DNA from: Paraspadella gotoi
Taxonomy: Eukaryota > Animalia > Chaetognatha
DNA length: 64,000 nt
Direction of reading: 5' to 3'
Assembly: GCA_051294375.1 (NCBI GenBank)
Contig: CM119269.1
Location: 23,231,497-23,295,496, forward strand
The translations under genes and the position numbers were made by a program. Below the pieces are notes generated by a model, which saw nothing but the letters and a program-made list of their open reading frames with translations, did no database searches and was not told where the DNA came from. This document shows positions 27,301-39,900 of this stretch, piece after piece (position 1 is the stretch's first letter; each line of letters begins with the position of its first letter).

Positions 27301-30300
27301 GTCATTTCCGACAAGAAAGATAAAATTATACAAAAAAATGGTCATCACAATCGAATTCTACAGACTACATTATACTAAAATGCTATGTACCTCAGTTGAT
27401 TTGTTATATTTTGTTATTTTTCAACGCTCTACTAGATTTAGAGAGCCTGTAAAATAGCGTCTACACAAAGTACAATTATTTTTTAAATATTTTGATGATA
27501 AGTGGGTCAAAAATAAGAAAAACTGTACAGGTTGTTATTACTACTATCTAGAAAGAAAGTATATGACATTTTTAATAAAAGATATCTACTCAAAAACTTA
27601 TTTGATTTAAAACAAATTAAAATGTTTCTAAATCTACATTGAATTTTTTTTAAGTAGCTTCCTTCTATTTTTTTGTAGGCCAAATCGTTTAGAAGTTACA
27701 GGCAAAAAAATATAGTTACTTCAAATAAAAAATGGCGAAAAAAATGTATTTAATTTTCTACCATTTTTGGTATTTAGTTATTTATATTTATTTTAAATAG
27801 AATTAATTATTTTTTATATTTTTTTAATTTGGTAATGCTAAAGGCCTTGCACCTCTTTCTGGTTTAAAAAAGTCTTATTATAGCTCTAAGAAAAGAGGGA
27901 AAGATGCGCAACATCAACATCGGGGCTGAGAAGAATTCTTTTAAAGATGTCAAAAAACATTTCACTGTCATACCTCAATTTGCTGTATAAGAACATACCC
28001 AGTCAAATGCAGTCAGTAGTCGATGCCAAAGAAGGGTATACCAAATATTGAGAATATTTACCCATGTTTTGTATACTCTTTATTAAATAAATGAATTATG
28101 TCATATACTTTTTTCCTAGATAGTATTTTATTAAATTTTATCAGTTTTTTTGTATTTTGACTGAAAAAAATATGATAATTTTTTAAACTTGTAATAATTG
28201 TTTAACTTTTCTTTTTCTATCAGAATACATTCAAACTTTTAAGATTAACAAAAAACTTATCATTGTATAGTACTATTATAGTTTAATAGCAACTATAACA
28301 GGCCTAAAACTTCAAGACAAAAGTATGGAAACTCTCCCATGCTTATTTTAATTTTGTACTTCTGATGCATGTAAGTTTTCAAAGTGATTAAAAAACTAAA
28401 AAGTATAAAACATATTCAAATTGACAACAATAGTCTGAGAGTATAGACAGGGAAAAATCAATTATGTTTCAGTAAAAAAATACAATAAAATAATTTGTTA
28501 AACTGAAATTTTATTTCACATTTGCAAAATTTATCTTTTACAGTAATTCATTTGTTGTTTTTCCAAAAATCAATAATCCATTTTTTTTTCCACAGAAAAG
28601 ATCCCCATTCTTCCTGTAGCCTTCAAGAATGGTCAAGCCGGTGCAACGTCCACTGCCTACCACTTCTCCGCCAATAATGCGTTTCAACCTGCGGCTATAA
28701 GAGGGTGGAGAAACAATTACCGTCATTCCTTCCCGCAGACCATTTGGTATAAATTCAAGAAGGCGAAGAGGATCGTCCGCTTTGGTTTTTTGGGTGGAAA
28801 GTACAACCAAAACACGAGTCCTCAAAAGATTGAATTTGTCGCTTCCAATGATTGTGGCGATTGGAAAGTTTTGGCCAAAGAGACGATGAAATTCACCAGA
28901 AATGGAGAAGAAAAAGTCTTTAATGTTGAAGACAAAAATATTGGATACTTTTTCTGCTACGGAATCAGAGTTTTGAAGACAAAACGGTCAAGATATGTCG
29001 ATTTAGAAAATATCAAAATGTGGGATAGCTTCTCCGATGGTAAGTAATTAGTCATTTTACCAAAAATAAAATATAGTGTACTTGATATTAGGAAAAGGTC
29101 ATGAAAAGATGGGGTTAGAAGTCTTTTTACTATACCGTCTGAAGAATTACTCATGAAATTGTTTTACTCTAATTGTGTTCTCATTTTGCTCAATGGTTGT
29201 GACGTTAAGACTATTTTAGCTAAAGACATGAACAAACTCAATGTAGCTATCAATGATGGCAAAAAAAGAAATTTGGATTTAACAGATGGGAAAGTATTCG
29301 TGACTTATGTAGCTTCTTTGGTTACCAGGACATTTTCACTATGTTTAACAAATGTAGAAAAAATTGTATTACAAAGATCTATTTGTCGAAAAACACGGTG
29401 CTCAATGGAATAATTCCTTTCTCTACTATTTAATGAATTACAGATCTGGTCAAAAAAGCATTTTATTTCGTTATTAGAAGGAAAACAATACTTTTTAGGA
29501 CTCAGTTAATTAATACATTATCGGACCGCTTCCTTGCTATGAGGGAGAGAGTCTGTGCAAATATGAAGGGTTTTATAATTTTCTTGATTTTGACGAATGT
29601 CATGGCATTTTACTGCAAAATGTCCCTTTTCATCCTTCACCAGACATTTTTAATGATGTTGCAGTCAGGCAAGTTTCCAGGCACCACGATCCCATTTTCC
29701 TCATGACATTTTTGGGTGACTTTGGCTTTGTATCCAGGAACTCAATCCTCTTTGAAAAGTCGCTTATTCACTGTTGAATGACTGGCAACAATTCTTATTC
29801 TTTCCATTTTTTTCTCAACTGGCTTGCAGAAGCCTTTCAGTCTTGAGGTCATCGTCCTTGCTCTGTGGACATGCAAGGCCGCCTGGTTCCAACAGCTCGT
29901 CCAAGGTCTCCAATTGGTTTGAATTGGTTGACAACTCTGCAGATGGCTGAAAGAGAAAAATGAAACCCAGCCTTCAAAAGATTAACAATTTCAGCTTTCT
30001 TTTTGGGGTTTAGCTGTTTTGAAGTTTCCATGGTAAAAAATCACAAAAAAATAAAAAAACAAAGATGAATAAAAAATAAAAAAAAGAAATTGTAAAAAAA
30101 AAAGTCAATCCTTTTTTTATTTTAAAATATTTAGCCTAAAAACCTCGTCATGGGCTCGAATGAAAGATATTTGTCTTGGCTTTCAAAGTTTTAATTAATA
30201 GGACGACAGACAAGCGAGATATTAGGGGGTTTAAAGTTTAAACATTTTGACCAGATATCTGTATTCTGTTTTGTGTTTCGTTTTTTTTTGTTTCGACCTA

Positions 30301-31257
30301 GTCTTGCTTGATGTTATTGTCTGTAATGAAATTAGTCCCTTAGTTTCCTATACTTACACCATTCTGCAAGTCCATTCTGTCTGGGAACGCTAGAATAGTA
30401 TTAACAGATGGTTTGAATATGAATTGTTTGCCAAGAAAACAATGACAATTAATAAAGACATTGATTTTGTGTCACTAAATTCTATAATTGTGAAAATAAT
30501 ATAGAAGATATCCAAATAATTAACTATAACAAACCAACATATACATTTAGGTCCTCGCATAACTGAGAAATCTTCCAAAAACAGAGCAGCGTCAAAGTGG
30601 TTCGAAAAAAATGCGGACAATTTTTACCCTGTTCCGCAAAAATGGTTCGTGGGTGGGAGACGCTACATGGGCGATTGGCGTTGGTTCAGTAATCAGAGGA
30701 AAATCAGTAAACGGTACAACAATTGGAAAGACTGTGTTGCTGTAAGACAGAGAAAGTGTTGCTTTTAAAATTGAATTTTTTTTTTAACTTTAGATATTTT
30801 GGAAACATATTGGGGAACGAGACTGAAGTGGCGGTTGTTGAAGATGAAACGAACGATAAATGTTTGGTCTTTGCATTAGAAATAGGTGGGAATTGTAAAT
30901 ATTAAATCATACGTAAAACCAAATAAACATAATTTTTTCGATCTTCAGTAATAATTATATATTTAGATTTTCAGCTATTATTTTTTGATAGACTTAATTT
31001 CCTGAAAAAAACCTGCCAGGAGCTTCACGACCAAACCACTGGCTGGCTGAACCGTGTTATCTTCTCTTTCCTTCAATTTGCGAAATTCCTAATCCCGCGC
31101 TCAAAGGATATTTCTCTCAGGTTATCAGTCGCTCCATAAAAATAAGACTTTTTTAAAAAGTTCAATTTTTAAACATAATTTTTCAAATGCTCTTTCACTT
31201 TATTTTTTTTCATCCGATAATTTTAATATTTATTTTTAATTTTCCATTTTTCTCTTT

Positions 31258-31312
<55 letters not shown>

Positions 31313-33170
31313 ACTTTCTTTCCCTCTCTCTCTTCCTTCCTCTCTCTTTCTGCTACCCTCTCTACTTAGGCGGAACAGGTAACAAACTAACAGAAGTCCG
31401 GTATAGATATTGTTAATTAAAGATGTTTATTGTTTTTATCGTTAAAATATAGTTAAACGCATGGATACTACTATTTTATATTTTCTATATACTATATAAT
31501 GTCATTCTTATAAAGCTTGAAAAGTTAGATAAAGGTTTTATTATTTTGGCCCACCTTACTCTCTACTTCTTACTTTGTTCCCCTCTTCCTCTCTCTCCCT
31601 CTCCTTCTCCCACTCTCCCTCCTCCCTCTTCTTCTCTCCTCCTCCATCTCTTCCTTCTCCCTCCTCCCTCTTCCCTCACCCTCTCTCTTCCCGCTCTCTC
31701 CCTCCCTTCTCTCCCTCTTTCTTTCTCTCCCGCCCTCCCTTTTCCTCCTCTCCCCTCTCCTCCTCTCTCTTCTCCTCCCTATCTCCCCTTTCTGCCCCTC
31801 TCTCCCTCCCTCTCTCCCTCTCTCTCTCTCCCTCTCTCTCCCCCTCTCCCTCCCTCTCTCCCTCCTCTCTTCCTCTCCTCTCTCCGCTCCCTCTCTCCCT
31901 CTTTCTTCTCCCTCCTCTCTCCCTCTCTCTCCCCCCCCTCTCCTCCCTCTCTTCCTCATCCCTCTCTCCCCCACTCTCTTTTCTCTCTCTTCTCCCTCTT
32001 CCTCCTTCCTTCCTCTCCTCAAATCTCCGACGACTTCAACACTTCTCCCCGCTCCCTCTCCCTTCCTCTCTCCACGCCCACCTCTTCTGCGCCACGCCCA
32101 CTCGCTGCTTCGCCCCCGTCCGTCTGGAGACGACCTGGCGATCCGCCATCACCGCCTGTTCATCGGCAAAGCCTGTCTCTGGCCGCCTGGCGTCTCTAGA
32201 AAATGTTGAGGACGTTTGGTTCCTGGAAAAGAAAATGGCGAAGGAGACAAACTTGGCTGGAATGTCTTTTTGGGTGAGTGAAGGTCAGACTTTACAATGT
32301 TTTTAAATTTATAGTACTATATTTCTAATACTTTGCTTTATCTTTTTTAATTTCAATTATCATTTGCTAGCAACTCTCTATAAAACAAAAAAAATAGTTC
32401 ATTATAACCAGACTTGTCTTCAAGATCACAAAAAGTACGTTTCATCTTCCTTTTTTTGTATAAATTTCAGGCAATACTTTTTACCAAACAAATTTTAAAA
32501 GATTAAAATCAAATGTGATTTTTAATTTTTAATTAGGCTCAAATAAATCTTATTAAAATTTAAAATAAAAAATAATCTATAGGCTATTGAGTTTCAGAAT
32601 TTCTATATTTTAAAAATATTTAACAAGAAAGGAAAAAAGAAAGTGTAATAAGCTAACTAAATTTAACTTAGTCAAGGTAGTGGTCTTTTCATACAATTGA
32701 AACATTCTTAGAGCGAGACTCGGAGAGAGTCTTGATTGAAAGATTGCAGGGACCTGCTATGTCATTATCTTGTAAGAGTGATGGAGGCCTTAAACCACCA
32801 AAGCCTGTCCATTGTCCAAAATGAGGGGCAAGATAGCCAATTTAATTTTTATAAGGGTTGTACCAATTTCATAATAATCTACCCCCAGGTGGCCGGTCGT
32901 AAAGCAGCTTGGAGCCCTCAGTGGGCGTGGCCAATCAACGCAACGACGGAAACGACGATAGATGTCGCTGCATTCGACATCATAGACAAAGACGTAGACA
33001 GCATTTCTGAGAAATGCCTCTTCGCTGAAGTGGGCGTGGTTGACTGGGAAAGAGATGAAGATAACAACGGCGACGTCAGCTGGAAAGCGGCCCCCTGCAG
33101 CGGCTGGCGCGGTTACATCTGCGAATTCTCTTCTGATGTCACTGAACAGTTGAAGGAGCTGTGGACTTGA
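24301..33170 (+). CDS. Type-II membrane protein with three C-type lectin-like domains (paralog 2)
   Basis: Exons 24301-24346, 24433-24561 (TM ILLLFVILLFILT), 24626-24787, 24858-25004, 25081-25488, 30551-30713, 30794-30885, 31020-31120, about 32023-32273 (damaged acceptor/frameshift), 32889-33170. Intron positions and phases match paralog 1 through CTLD2 (GPPG|, GGYLATVDS, WRWFSNQRK, ICE.PNP). Confidence 0.85.
25799..26140 (+). CDS. Single-exon complete C-type lectin domain (cassette or nested-gene exon)
   Basis: AG|..G|GTCAGT, phase 1-1; KFDEARKVC..GAVIAMP..QIWLGIVD..FTFIDGS..YYW..C..W..C..KFVCQ. Confidence 0.85.
26432..27431. mobile_element. Foldback-type non-autonomous hAT element
   Basis: TAGGGCGTTG...CAACGCTCTA termini, 8-bp TSD CTAGATTT (26424-26431/27432-27439), imperfect inverted arms of about 400 bp. 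Confidence 0.85.
27544..28123. mobile_element. Tc1/mariner-type MITE (copy 1)
   Basis: TIR CTATCTAG..AAAGTATATGACA, flanking TA; homologous to 45918-46475. Confidence 0.85.
28596..29039 (+). CDS. F5/8 type C (discoidin/galactose-binding-like) domain exon
   Basis: AG|..G|GTAAGT, phase 1-1; ATSTAYHFSANNAF..GW..FPQTIWYKFKKAKRIVRFGF..SPQKIEFVASNDCGDWKVL..FFCYGIRV. Confidence 0.75.
29441..30261 (-). mobile_element. Internally deleted Tc1-like transposon
   Basis: TA-flanked imperfect TIRs CAGAT(AT)CTGGTCAAAA; ORF 30031-29849 resembles a transposase N-terminal HTH (KKAEIVNLLKAG..SLSAICRVV..GTRRP) and ends in stops. Confidence 0.7.
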
Positions 33171-33357
33171 ATGACGTTACAATGCGTTACAATAACTCAT
33201 AGACCCTCGGATTTTATAATTGTATTTCACTTTATTTTTGTATTAATGTAAGAGCTTTGGATTATCTTCATTTCAATGACAAATTTAATAATAGAAAAAA
33301 AAACATTAATTTTTAAAGTTTTTTTTATTTTCAATTGAAAATTCTTTTGAAGGAGTC

Positions 33358-33416
<59 letters not shown>

Positions 33417-33459
33417 GTTCCCTCAAGGTGGCGTCTTCGTCGTTATCGTCGTCATCTTT

Positions 33460-33496
<37 letters not shown>

Positions 33497-33932
33497 ACGT
33501 CCTCTTCCACATAACAAAAACTCTAACAAAAATATGAAACGTCTTTTTTTAAGAAACTCGATAATATACAAGGTGATCCAAAGAATATATTACGTACTCA
33601 ATGAACTTTACTCATGCTTGTTTATTGGTTCAATAATATTTAATATTATTAAAATTTACTTATTAATTTCAAACCTTTTCCATTTGTAGAATTAAAATTG
33701 TAATTTTTTTTCATTCAAAATATACTTTTTTCTATTTCTTTTCTCTTCCTCCTCTTCTTGCTCCTCCTCCTCCTTTTCCTCTTCCTCTTATCCTCCTCTT
33801 CTTCCTCTCTCTCCTCCTCCGCCTCCTCTTCCTCCTCTTCTTCTTCCTCCTCTTCCTCCAACTCATTTTTCCCCACCGAGCGACTTACATCCGCCTTCGT
33901 TTTAGGAGAAAGAAAAATGCTCTCTCTCTTTC

Positions 33933-33964
<32 letters not shown>

Positions 33965-36900
33965 ATCTATTCTATATAATATCTTCTCTCTACTAACTCC
34001 ATCTTTCTGATCTGTTCCTTCTCTCTCTCTCTCTCTCTCTCTCTCTGCTCTCGTCTCTCTCTCTCTCTCTCTCCTCCGTCTTCTCTCTCTCCCCTCTCTA
34101 CTCCTCTCTCTCGTCCTCTCTCTCTCCCTCGGCGTGGTATTTCCATTTGAAGCGGACCGGGCCCTCGGTTCCCACACAACGAGTCACGCGGCCAGCTCTA
34201 TGCTTCCGCCGTCTTCTGTCTCTCTCTCTCTTTCTCATCCACACTCTTTCAACACACCCAACTCTTTGTTCAAGCGTCGACTCTCGGTTCCTCTCTCCTC
34301 TCTCTCTCTCCGTCTCCTCTCTCTATCTCTCTCTCTTCTTCCTCATCTCATCATCGCCCCCTCTGTCCAAGATACCTTTAAGGCCGAAAAGTAATGGACG
34401 GGAGAATGAATGAGAACAGAGCGAGAGAGAGAGATAGAGCGAGAGCAGAGGAGGAGGAGAGAAACAAGAAAACGAGGAGATAGGAGAGGGGAGACGGAGA
34501 GAGTGACCGTCACTGTGGTTCTTCCAATTCAGTACGCGCCATATACATCCTCGGATTCCCGCTACCAACGAAGTAAATCTTAGCAATACAACGCCACTTC
34601 CCGACATCTACTCGGGATAGGCATACAAACAACATGTGCAAACAAAGGCGACTGCCCAAGCGAACTTCCATATCGTCATTTGTTAGCCGGTCGTTTTTAT
34701 AAAAAATTTAGATAATGTCAAACTAGATAAAAATACGTGATTCTTTAAGGAATCAAGTATTCGTTTGCCTAACAAGTATTTTCTAACAACAGAAGAACAA
34801 AAGAGATGAATGTTGTTATTGAAGCTCATGTTGCTCGTGAACGTAGACGTATTCTCATCCTTCTCCTCTGTTCAGTCTTTACCGTCCACAATTCCGGGCG
34901 CGTAGGCTGCTGCTCTCAGAGACTGCCTGCGCCGCGGCGCGTGTCTGCTGCGTCGCTGGGGCGAGCGTGTCGTCCAGGCGTCTGCGCGGCGCTCCGGGTC
35001 TCTCGTCTGCTCCGGCTCTCGCTCTCCAGTCTCTCGCTCTGTCTTCTGTCTCCTCTCTCGTCTCTCTCTTTCTTCTTTCTCTCCGTCATCTTCTGCCTGT
35101 CTCTTGCTCGATATTCCAATCAAATACGTGAAGAAAAGTTCCTGATTTCTAATAAATTATTTTGTGTTAGTAAACATCAACAGGTCGGAACGAACTGTCG
35201 TTGACAGGGGATGAAGCTTCTGTCAGGGTCATTTCCTTGTCACCTTTAAGGCTGCATATTTATTTTTGGTATGAAATTAAAATTAATAACCAACGTATCG
35301 TTGCCCCTGACTTTGTCGACAGTCTTGGCACTTCTTTAAGGGTTCCGCGTAGCAGAACGTGTGCAATGTTGAAACAAAAACGAACTCTTGTCCACTGATT
35401 GTTCGCAAGCGTTGTTACATACAAGATATTGAGATTAACTTTCTACCAACAACAACAAATTAGGGGCCGAACCGAAGGATTTGTTAAAAACATCTCCACG
35501 CGGTTTCGTAATGATAAAATGGACCATTGGCCCACTTTTAGCCAAAAAAATTATGTCCAGTGTTTTGTCCATTTTTACTGTACAGACTGTCTGATGCTTT
35601 GACATGCAGGGGGGAAAGGAGACATTGAGAAAAACAAGATTTAAGCTTTCGGAAATCCGGTTACTTTCTTAATCGTTCTTTTACCTGCTGGGTAAATTTA
35701 TTAGCTTAGAATCATTTATAGTTGTGCCTATGAATTACAGTTCTTAAAGTTAACAAGTCGAAAACATGTGTTGCACGTTGTACTTCAGTCTTGTATCTAT
35801 AATTTGTTAAAAAACAAAAATAAATCAAAATGGTTGAAATTAAACGAAATTATAGTCCATTGAGATAAGCTTTTTAGGACACCTATAAATTTAACTCAGA
35901 TAAAAAAAATTTTCTGGTGGTGTCAGCGTGCGGTACGGGAAGCACCAAATAATTTTTTAAAGACGTCTTTTAATTTGATGGACTTTTTTGGTGATTGCGA
36001 TTATTTTTGATAAAGGAGGAATATTTCTCACAGTCATTTATTAGTTGTAAAAAGATGAGGGTCATACTGACCCTTGATTAATAGAAAAAAGAAACCCGCT
36101 TCCTTTAATTCCACTGGAAAGGCATGCAGGCACTTGGTTTTTTTTTCTGCACAAATCGAGACAGATTTTGGCGGGGAAATTTGTTGTCCACGGCAAATCT
36201 GTCGCATTACTCAATTGCTAGTCAACCAAAAATTGAAAGCAGCGAATCATCTGCGTACCACCCGTTGATTTGTCTTTCTTATACATGGATTTTAAATATT
36301 TCTTTGTATTTAGCTCAATTAATCGTAGTGAGAGCAAAAAATAGGAAAAGGGGAAACAAGCAAGGAAATGGGAGAGAAATGAAAGAGAGGGTGGAAAGGC
36401 CAGATAAAAAAAGGTAGGAAAATGGGGACAAATAGTGAACATATTGTACAGGTAGAGAAGAAGAGGGGAGAAAATGGAAAGAAAAGGGAAAAAAGGGAAT
36501 GAATCGAAAATGAGAAAAAAAGAGGTAGGGAAAGTGGCAGTAGTGAGGAAAAAGGTAGGGGCCAAGAACAACGGATAAGTGCCACTAGCGGTGAGAAGTA
36601 AGGAGGAATAGTAGGAAGGAAGGAAAATTAAAGTTAAGCAGAAGAAAAGAGGCAAAGAAAAATCTTATAGGAAAGCGTATGCAAAGGAAAAAATTGTATC
36701 AGAGTAATGTGGCGTCGTTGATCCTGAAAATGCTTGTTGGTGTAAGTGTGGATTTCGCGACGCACAGGCGGCTCCCGGCCGTCGAGGTAGAAAGGAGACA
36801 GAGCGATCTTTATAAGGATTTCGATTCTTTAAAAGACCATCTGTACGCATAAGAATTCAAGCATTGCACTTTCTTTCTAAATTAAGCAGCTTAAGAGATT

Positions 36901-39900
36901 AGGTTTTGAACAAGCATTGAAGAAATCATGTCTTCTACCGGTCGTTCGTTTTGTAACTCATAGAAATTTACCGCTGGGAAATTCTAAGTGATAAGAAGGG
37001 AGATAACTGTGAGACTACCGGGTGTTTTTTAAAATGAAGAAAAGCTTCGTACTAAACGCCAAATTGAGATGAAGAAATATTGTAAGATTATTGAATGTTT
37101 CTTAGATCTTCGCGGTTGTCTAAAAGACACTGATTTGTAGTGCGAAACGCTTAAGCCTTCATCACTTTACAGAGACAATGACATAGAGCAGTTTCGCCTG
37201 CAAGCTTTCAATCAGACTCCCTTCAGCAGTACTGCGTATTGATTGCTAGTTCATAATAATAATAAGTGAGGATAATGGAATACGGATGAGTATATGAATA
37301 AGTAATAATACATACAATCATAATAAGTTAATAATAATGAATGCAATAACTAATAATAATTAATAAAAACCGAAAATTCTCTGCTGTTAAACTAATAAGT
37401 CATCTTTTTCTATAATAGTTTTTTAGAATGATTCTTTGCTAACTAACGGCCAAGTACGTTTACAAAAGAGCGCCGCCATGTTAAGATCTTAATTTAAAAA
37501 ATGTAGTAGGTTATAAAGGTATCGATTACAGGTTAGAGCTCAGGAAGAAGTTAGTTTTTAAGGGAATTTTGATTAACAGATTTGGTTAACAGTTAGTAGT
37601 TTGGATAGGAGATTTTTGATAGGGATAGGTTGGTAAGGGTTGATTGTTTAGGGTTAAAAAGAGTTGTGATTTGGATAAGGCGTTTAGGTTAAGGAATTAT
37701 GGTTTGCTTAGGAAAGTCTAGGAATTGGATTAATATATGTTAAGATAAGGGTGGAGGAATGTAGGTGCTTATCCTATTTTTATCTGTTCGTTTCTGCCTT
37801 GTGTGTTTCGTGGATTCCATTGGGCTGATTTCGAGACGGTTCTGTGCGCCTAGGGGAGGGCCCGACCGTCACACTCGACTCTCCTCTCGTGAAGTTTGCT
37901 CTCTCTCCTGTCTTCTCTCTCTCGTCGTCTCTCCTGTCGTCCTTGCCCTCTCTGGTCTCCGTGCTAATGTGTTCTGTCGTCCTCGTCTCGGCTCTTCGTC
38001 TCCTCGGTCTCCCTCCGGTCGTGGCGTCGATTCATAACGTGTGATTTTTGCAAATGCGACCGCCCGAATTAGGATTTAGTATTAGGCCTGGATCAGACGT
38101 TGTAGAAGATTTTGGGATGGAACAACAGCAGGAACGCTCCTTGGGCTTGCAGGAGGGACGAGAGGGAGAGAGATGGAGCTGGAGGGGTAGAGAGAGACGA
38201 GAGAGGGTAGGAGCAGAGGAGAGAGGAAGAGTCAGGCGTTAGAGCAGGAGGAGCGAGAGAGAGAGGCGTGTGTGGTGTCGATTTGCGCCTTTAATCTGCT
38301 CGTGTTTATTGTGTTTGCTTGCCGTCTGCCCTACCCTGGAGCTAAATCTTTTGTGTCTATTCTCTGAAGGTCACCCAGCGGAAGTGGTCGGGCTGACGGG
38401 AATCACTTTGTTGATGAGGGTTTTGCATCTATGCACTACATCAGTCGCGCTGCATGGTCATCCACTCTGATCACTCGGTCTCTAGGTTTAGCTGCGCATT
38501 GTAGCGACTACGATAGATCATCGAACTCCATGGCTGCACGCTATCGACATCGCCATGGATAGTGACGCATATTCAACATCGACCGTCCATGATGGTGCGT
38601 TGTGGACCATGGCGGCTCAGCGTATGCAAGACGAACCCTCAACGGAACATGCGATTCTCGGAGTAGGGTCCATCAGATTAGCTCACTTGGAGCCATCATC
38701 AGAAGAGTTTTGATCCTAGTGGCATAGAGCCGCATCAGTAGACGATAATCCACTTGACGTCATCGGCTGATCATCACTCATCCATGCTCATGCAGGCATG
38801 CGATACTTGATCATCATCATATCAGTCATCTGCATAGGATCGATCTATGGCATCTTGCATCCGCAGGTATTGCGCAGCCGGCGTCTGTGAGACTTATAAG
38901 TGTGGCGCTTCTGGGTTTTGCCGATCCTCATGTAATGTCAGGAGTTTATCCTTTGAGATTTCAATGGTCGCGTGATTTCCTGGTGACATGTGTAAGTTTT
39001 TCGTTAGTTTAAAGTCTATGTAGAGTATGGCGAATGAGATCGTTTTTCCAGCCAGGAGGTTACTCGGGTGGTTAGTGCGTGGGGGGGTGTGGTGTGTTGC
39101 GGTTGTTGGTCGGGACGTTGGTGGTGTGTTGGGTGTGGGGTGGTTGTTTTGTTGTTTTGTGTGGGGTTTTGTTGGTGGTTTGTGGTTGTGTGGTGGTTGG
39201 CTGTTTGGTGGGGGGGGTGGGGGGTGTGAGGGGGGTGGGGTTTGGGTTGTTTTGTGGTGGGGTGGAGTTGTGTAGTTGTTGCGGTGTGGTGGATGTGCTT
39301 GGGCCGCAGCTGTTTAGGGTGGCCGTCGGCTGCCGCGGTGGGGCATGGCACTGTGCTTGCCGCTAGCTGGTTTTCTTCGCACTAGCCGACGCCTCCGCTT
39401 CCTCTTCAGAGTGAGTTGTGACCGTTGCCGTAACCCGAGCAGAGGCGCGTGCAGGCCGGAGCACTGGGGCCGGGTGGGGGCGGGGGAGGTGGCGGGTGGA
39501 GTAACGCTATGGAGGGTCAACGTTTAGGTGGGGGCCTGGCTCGTGCGTTCCGTGGGGTAGACCGAGTGCTTGTCCGCCACTCTCACTCATCCACCGGGGC
39601 GCGCAGAGGATCGTGCGCGCGCGGGCTGTGCCGGGAGAAACTGAGGCCATCGGTGGCGTCTCATTGCGGATAGAAGCTCGGAGCAGGCGTCTGCGCGCCA
39701 TGTATGAGCGCCCCGTTGGCGGCAGCAGTCGACCACGTACAGGCTTTCTGGGCTTCGTAATTGGACAACTCCATCCCATATCGCGTGTACGTCCGAGGCG
39801 GTCTACGCCTGCGTGTCTGTCCTGCGGCGAAGAGCCGTCTGAGGACGAGCTGGGCCGGTAGAGACCGCCTTGGGCGGCGCTGGACAAAGAACAGACCTCA

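Noticed and set aside
29153-29413. 86-aa ORF after the F5/8C-like exon
   Set aside because: No motif or convincing splice context.
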